Of a stretch of 42,128 nt of DNA, positions 38,128 to 42,128 are shown piece after piece. This DNA is from Calditrichia bacterium (GTDB taxonomy: Bacteria; Calditrichota; Calditrichia; RBG-13-44-9). Made by a program: the position numbers and the translations under genes. The stretch lies in NCBI GenBank assembly GCA_037381445.1, contig JARRQT010000085.1, positions 1 through 42,128 on the forward strand, in the 5' to 3' direction. The stretch's first letter is position 1, and every line of letters starts with the position of its first letter. The notes under the pieces were generated by a model, which saw only the letters and a program-made list of their open reading frames with translations, made no database searches and had not been told where the DNA came from.

Positions 38128-39360
38128 GTGAGGTTTTCTATGAATATGCCAATTATTGAATTGAAGCAAAAATATCGATGGATTAAATCTAATTTTGAAA
38201 TAATTGTTATTTTCATATTATTCACCGTTTATGCTTCATTTGCTGTAGCCCAGGAGAAAAATCTACATCAAGAAACCGCAGGTATTGAATTATCGAAATC
38301 AAATGTACGCTTCATTAATCCTCTGGCGTATGATATTGAATATATTTTTGAGCTTTATCCTGATTTAGATAAAATTGACAAATTTAAGGATCTTAAGCTA
38401 TGGATTCCATTTCCTCGTGAATGGGACTCACAAAAACAGGTTCAATTAGTCTCAACAATGCCAAATCCGCATTCTGAATATACTGACAAAGAATACGGTA
38501 ATAAATTCTTCTTCTGGAATTTTGGCAAATATTCAAACAATTCAAATTATCGTGTGCGAATCCGTTTTAAATTCAAAACGTATGAAATAAAATCATCGAT
38601 AGACTCATCCAAAATAATCCCATATAATCTGCCAGAAGAAGAATTTGACGTATATTTACGATCTACTAAAACCATAAATATTACTCCGAGAATTAGGACA
38701 TTTGCGCTGGAAGCTATCTCTGAAGAAGAGAATCCATACCTGCAGGCCAAAAGGATATATGACTTCGTCAGGAAAAAGGTACGTTACAGACTATTGGATC
38801 ATAAAAGAGGAAGAGGAACGACTTGTTTGTTGGAATATCCGGTAAAAGATAATGAAACAAACGAATTATATTATGAGGGATGCTGCAGTCAAATGAGCGC
38901 ATTTTTTATTGCTATGTGTCGCTCTCTCGGCATACCCGCAAGATCAGTTTTTGGATTCATAGGGGCTCCGGTATATAAAACAGAAGAAGAATTGAAGCAA
39001 CCGTTATTTGATTTCGAACGCGAACTTTCCCCGGACGGTTTCGCGGGTGCACAACACCATGGTGTCATGGGGCCGCACATGTGGGCGGAATTTTATCTTC
39101 AAGATATCGGTTGGATACCCGTTGATCCGCTTGCAGGGTTATTCGGTGAACTATTTTCATCAAAAGTAATCATGGCAAAGGGACGCGATATTTTATTAGG
39201 ACCAGATGCTCCTAAAAATTACCATCATGGATATGGTTCCCAGTGGGTACCTCTTCATGATGGTAGAGTGGATTTTCCTTTCTACGCAGTATGGAATATT
39301 GCCAAAATTGATTCGGCAAAACTAAAGATTATCCATCATCCAATTAAAAAACAAAATTAG
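38128..39360 (+). CDS. Transglutaminase-like domain protein
   Basis: LKLWIPFP, GCCSQMSAFFIAMCRSLGIPAR, HMWAEFY, GWIPVDP (Cys-His-Asp triad); N-terminal signal/TM segment; AT-rich. Start may be ATG 38140. Confidence 0.9.
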   Translation: MRFSMNMPIIELKQKYRWIKSNFEIIVIFILFTVYASFAVAQEKNLHQETAGIELSKSNVRFINPLAYDIEYIFELYPDLDKIDKFKDLKLWIPFPREWDSQKQVQLVSTMPNPHSEYTDKEYGNKFFFWNFGKYSNNSNYRVRIRFKFKTYEIKSSIDSSKIIPYNLPEEEFDVYLRSTKTINITPRIRTFALEAISEEENPYLQAKRIYDFVRKKVRYRLLDHKRGRGTTCLLEYPVKDNETNELYYEGCCSQMSAFFIAMCRSLGIPARSVFGFIGAPVYKTEEELKQPLFDFERELSPDGFAGAQHHGVMGPHMWAEFYLQDIGWIPVDPLAGLFGELFSSKVIMAKGRDILLGPDAPKNYHHGYGSQWVPLHDGRVDFPFYAVWNIAKIDSAKLKIIHHPIKKQN

Positions 39361-39389
39361 TTATTGGATAATCTAACAACTGATAATGT

Positions 39390-39513
39390 CTATAACCCAG
39401 ATGTAACCGATTGCAGCACTTGTTTCTTTTGGCTGCTCTGGCAATTGATCAATGTACTAATCTTGCTAAAGAATACTCGGATGCTATTACGACGGCTGAT
39501 TTAATCCTGAGCT
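39390..39513 (+). other. Possible decayed attC-like site
   Basis: CTATAAC..ATGTAACCG ... CGGCTGATTTAATC-CTGAGCT has an R''/L''...L'/R' layout but a broken GTT core; an RYYYAAC (ATCTAAC) also lies at 39371-39377. Confidence 0.3.
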
Positions 39514-39594
39514 CAGCGTGCTTGATGTTCCATGCCTCTTGCCCTTTTGGAAAAATTCAATTTTTTGTGGTTGACTTTTTCCTGACCGGGATAT

Positions 39595-39696
39595 AGATTC
39601 ATCATATTTGCGTCTTTGCTTTACCAATGGGACACCTCCTTCTTTTCATTATAATTTACGACTTATTTCTGTGTCCACAAAAAGATAGCAAGATTA
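39595..39696 (-). mobile_element. IS3-family left-end remnant with the first codons of orfA
   Basis: Minus strand TAATCTTGCTATCTTTTTGTGGACACAGAAATAAGTCGTAAA resembles the IS3 IRL (TGATCTT..GTGGACAC..TAAGT..GTAAA). It is followed by AGGAGG and a TTG-start MVKQRRKYDE, typical of an OrfA N-terminus, and then breaks off. Confidence 0.6.
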
Positions 39697-39880
39697 AACA
39701 TTATAGAAAATACTCGCGCGGATCAGGGAAGTACGTTCCACCATTTCTGACTGAAAATTCGATTTTAGTTTTGCTGCTTTAACATAGATTGGTGCAACGG
39801 CTGTTTATCTTATTAAAAAAATCATGGCAATAAAAGCAATACTTAAATTCAGCCCATTGCCCGTACTAGAAAAAAGTGTT

Positions 39881-39953
39881 TGATAACAAAAGCAGAATAA
39901 TTGCATTCAAAATATTTTAAATTAGGCGGGTGCGGCTAATATATATGGTAGGC
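39881..39953 (+). repeat. Upstream element copy B (attI-like), ends in GGTAGGC
   Basis: TGATAACAAAA..TTGCATTCAAAATATTTTAAATTAGG..GCTAATATATATGGTAGGC; ends 8 bp before the transposase ATG. Confidence 0.55.
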
Positions 39954-40087
39954 TAAATTAAATGCCAGACTTAAGAGCCCGTAAACAAAACAGGCTGTCG
40001 AATTACGATTATTCGGAGAATGGATATTATTTTATAACCATATGTTCAAACAGCCGAAAAAATATATTTTATGAATATAAAATGCCA

Positions 40088-40113
40088 GTAGGGGCGGGCC
40101 TTGCGTCCGCCCG
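40088..40113 (+). repeat. GTAG-type REP, intragenic copy 1
   Basis: GTAGGGGCGGGCCTTGCGTCCGCCCG: GTAG tetranucleotide plus a GGGCGG/CCGCCC hairpin. Confidence 0.85.
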
Positions 40114-40282
40114 CCACAACGCTAATCCGGGTGACAACAATTACCAATTATCTTCTATCGGAAAAATCATTAAACAGCAATGGCAGGATATCCCGAATCA
40201 TTATAATGATGTCCAATTGGATGAATACGTCATTATGCCAAACCATATTCACGGTATAATCGTTATTAATCAAACCAGGTTA

Positions 40283-40308
40283 CGGGCGGACGCAAGGCCC
40301 GCCCCTAC
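40283..40308 (-). repeat. GTAG-type REP, intragenic copy 2 (inverted)
   Basis: CGGGCGGACGCAAGGCCCGCCCCTAC is the exact 26-bp reverse complement of 40088-40113. Confidence 0.85.
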
Positions 40309-40541
40309 AATATCTCAAATCATTTGTTCCTTTAAATCAAGATCATCGGTGGAATACATCAGATACATTAAACGCAATAACCTGAATTTCTCAGGCAAAA
40401 TCTGGCAGCGGTCATTTTATGATCATGTCATACGGAACGAACGATCGTTGAACGCGATTAGGGATTATATTGCCGACAACCCAAACAATTGGGAACAGGA
40501 CATCGAACATTTATTAGATCTCTAATCTTATGCCCGTGTTT

Positions 40542-40570
40542 CGCTTGAATCCAAGTGCAAGATTTAAGCG
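40542..40570. other. Hairpin downstream of RAYT (terminator or recombination-site remnant)
   Basis: CGCTTGAATC-9 nt-GATTTAAGCG with one G.T pair; its last G begins GTTAGCT. Confidence 0.4.
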
Positions 40571-40694
40571 TTAGCTCAAGTTGTTCTCCGCCCCATGCCA
40601 CAATGCCCGTTTGCCCCTTCCTGCATAGCGGCTACTTGGTAATGCCTTTAGTATTTCCCTCTTCCATTCTGTCGCACGGCATCTTTCTCCTCCC

Positions 40695-40739
40695 GTCCTT
40701 CGTTCATCCTTCGCTCGTCCTTCGTTCCTCGTTCGTTCG
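40695..40739. repeat. 11-bp tandem repeat RTCCTTCGYTC x3 plus TCGT units
   Basis: GTCCTTCGTTC / ATCCTTCGCTC / GTCCTTCGTTC / CTCGTTCGTTCG. Confidence 0.65.
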
Positions 40740-40850
40740 AAAAATGCCTTTTTTTCAGGGTCCGCCCTGTAATTCTGTCACACACAATAAAATTCATTTC
40801 CTGCCGCATTTTCCCTCTGGCGTGTCTTATAAACCGGGCAGATATTTCCG

Positions 40851-41522
40851 TCAGGCGGTTATCTCGCAGAACAGGGACGATTCATCAACCTCATATATCT
40901 GATATTCCCTCCCCTTTCCCGAGAGCAGCTTCTCAAATTGCAGAGGACCGAATGTTGTCGCCCTGAATCCGTCTCTACAGATGATGACCCCATTCCCTGT
41001 TAGATTATCATCAATTTCGCCGATCAAGCCATGAGCGGCCTGAATCCGAAACCAGTTCAAACGCTGCTCCCAGAATTTGCGGGAATAGCTGGACAATAAC
41101 AGCTTGCCTTTCGGTTTCAGGATTCTCAGAGCTTCGTCAATCAATAAATCCGGTCCGCTTCCAAAAGCTGATATTCCATTCTGGATGCAAAATACCACAT
41201 CGAATTGGCGGTCATAAAAACCGGTATGCAGGGCATCCATGCAGGCCAGGCGGATTCCCTTCCCTTTCAGGTAACTGTTTTTTGCGAAGCGAAGACTTTC
41301 ATAAGAATTATCGATGCCAAATAAAGTATTTGTCCTGCCGCTCAGTTCATTGAGCACCCTGCCATAGCCGCAGCCAAGTTCAAGCACAACATCATCCTGC
41401 CTGATATTGTCCCGCACACAGCGAATTTCTCCCGTCAGGTATTGCCTGACTCTGGGCGGCGCCAAATCATAGCACCGCTGCAAACGTTTTCCGGAAAGCG
41501 ACTCAGTGTAATATTTTGCCAT
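40851..41522 (-). CDS. Class I SAM-dependent methyltransferase
   Basis: VLELGCGYGR, GIDNS, MDA, FDVVFC, RILKPKG. Confidence 0.92.
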   Translation of the reverse strand: MAKYYTESLSGKRLQRCYDLAPPRVRQYLTGEIRCVRDNIRQDDVVLELGCGYGRVLNELSGRTNTLFGIDNSYESLRFAKNSYLKGKGIRLACMDALHTGFYDRQFDVVFCIQNGISAFGSGPDLLIDEALRILKPKGKLLLSSYSRKFWEQRLNWFRIQAAHGLIGEIDDNLTGNGVIICRDGFRATTFGPLQFEKLLSGKGREYQIYEVDESSLFCEITA

Positions 41523-41593
41523 GATTTATCAACCAGGCATTTCAGCCCCGCCGAAAACCTCCTTCCGAATTGATAATCTGGCCGGTTATCCAC
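41424..41593. repeat. Direct repeat copy 1 (methyltransferase 5' end + spacer + SDR 3' end)
   Basis: Matches 41956-42125 at a 532-bp offset with about 11 substitutions in 170 bp (manual count). Confidence 0.92.
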
Positions 41594-42054
41594 TTTGCCT
41601 CATCGGAAACCAGCCACCCGATCAGGCGGGCGGCATCTTCCGGTTCACCCCACCGTCCCAGTGGCATTCGGTCCAGGACCGCCTTATTCACCTCCTTATC
41701 CGGCTTATATGTCTTTGTCGGTCCCGGATTCACCGTATTGACGGTAATTCCTTTTTCGATGAAATGATCAGAGAGGCTGACGGTCAGTTGATGCAGCGCC
41801 CCCTTGGAAGCGACATAAGCGAGGTGGGGCATGGGACCAAGATGCTGGCCGGAGGTCAGCAGAATTATGCGCCCACCCGCAGGGCCATCATGCTGCTTTG
41901 CGTATTCCTGAATTAACAGCAGTACCGCACGGACATTGACGGACAGATGCCGGTCAATTTCTTCCGTCAGGTATTGTCTGACTCTGCGCGGCGCCAGATC
42001 ATAACACCGCTGCAAACGTTTTCCGGAAAGCAACTCAGCGTAATATTTTGTCAT
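41542..42054 (-). pseudogene. Chimeric ORF: methyltransferase N-terminus (33 aa) fused to an SDR oxidoreductase C-terminal part
   Basis: MTKYYAELLSGKRLQRCYDLAPRRVRQYLTEEI joins DRHLSVNV..GRIILLTS..AYVASKGAL..VNTVNPGPT..WITGQIINSEGG; lacks the SDR TGxxxGxG motif. Confidence 0.85.
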
Positions 42055-42125
42055 GATTTATAAACCACCCATTTCAGCCCCGCCGAAAACCTCCTTCCGA
42101 ATTGATAATCTGGCCGGTTATCCAC
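41956..42125. repeat. Direct repeat copy 2 (probably continues beyond the window)
   Basis: See copy 1 at 41424-41593. Confidence 0.92.
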
Positions 42126-42128
42126 CTG
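42074..42128 (-). CDS. 3' end of an SDR-family oxidoreductase (gene starts beyond the window)
   Basis: Reads ..RWITGQIINSEGGFRRG*, matching the C-terminus of the chimeric ORF. Confidence 0.75.
   Translation of the reverse strand, partial: RWITGQIINSEGGFRRG

Larger units (their letters stand above)
39962..40525 (+). mobile_element. REP-associated tyrosine transposase (RAYT/TnpA-REP, IS200/IS605-like Y1 HUH)
   Basis: RKQNRL..YDYSENGYYFITIC, IMPNHIHGII (HUH), FKS, WQRSFYDHVIRN..IRDYIADNP..W (catalytic Tyr). Confidence 0.93.

Noticed and set aside
40555..40902. 115-aa plus-strand ORF
   Set aside because: Low-complexity translation of the 11-bp repeats, no RBS, and it overlaps the methyltransferase end.
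1..42128. CRISPR arrays, tRNA/rRNA genes, prophage or defence genes
   Set aside because: No regularly spaced repeat-spacer array, structural RNA signature or such protein motifs were seen by eye.

Overview
Bacterial genomic DNA. The gene types (TonB receptors with a CarboxypepD_reg-like N-terminus, FlgD/T9SS-like C-terminal domains, a PorV/PorQ barrel, GWxTD) suggest a Calditrichota/KSB1-like or other FCB-related Gram-negative lineage; this is an inference. The left 23.5 kb is one co-oriented minus-strand locus. It starts at a near-consensus sigma70 promoter with a 10-bp-periodic TTTCAT operator array and runs agaR, agaS, pfkB, kbaZ/gatZ, a DMT transporter, GWxTD, a TonB receptor, a CTD protein, PorV-like barrel, IPT/NHL lipoprotein, LamG-CTD protein, membrane/spermidine-synthase-like/TPR fusion, lipoprotein, amidohydrolase, GH36 and a second amidohydrolase. 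It looks like a SusD-less glycan/galactosamine utilisation locus, and its GH36 gene is frameshifted by an exact 16-bp tandem duplication. Next come a second TonB receptor with a membrane AraC regulator, three plus-strand envelope genes including a YidD-TPR fusion, and a YtrA-type operon with an unusual GntR-PP2C fusion and four paralogous permeases. The AT-rich right end holds an MFS remnant, a transglutaminase-like gene and a RAYT-type Y1 transposase, the last two each preceded by a related attI-like sequence. It also holds an IS3 end scar, two REP hairpins inside the RAYT coding sequence, and a diverged 532-bp-period tandem duplication that created a methyltransferase::SDR chimeric ORF. No rRNA, tRNA or CRISPR array was seen.
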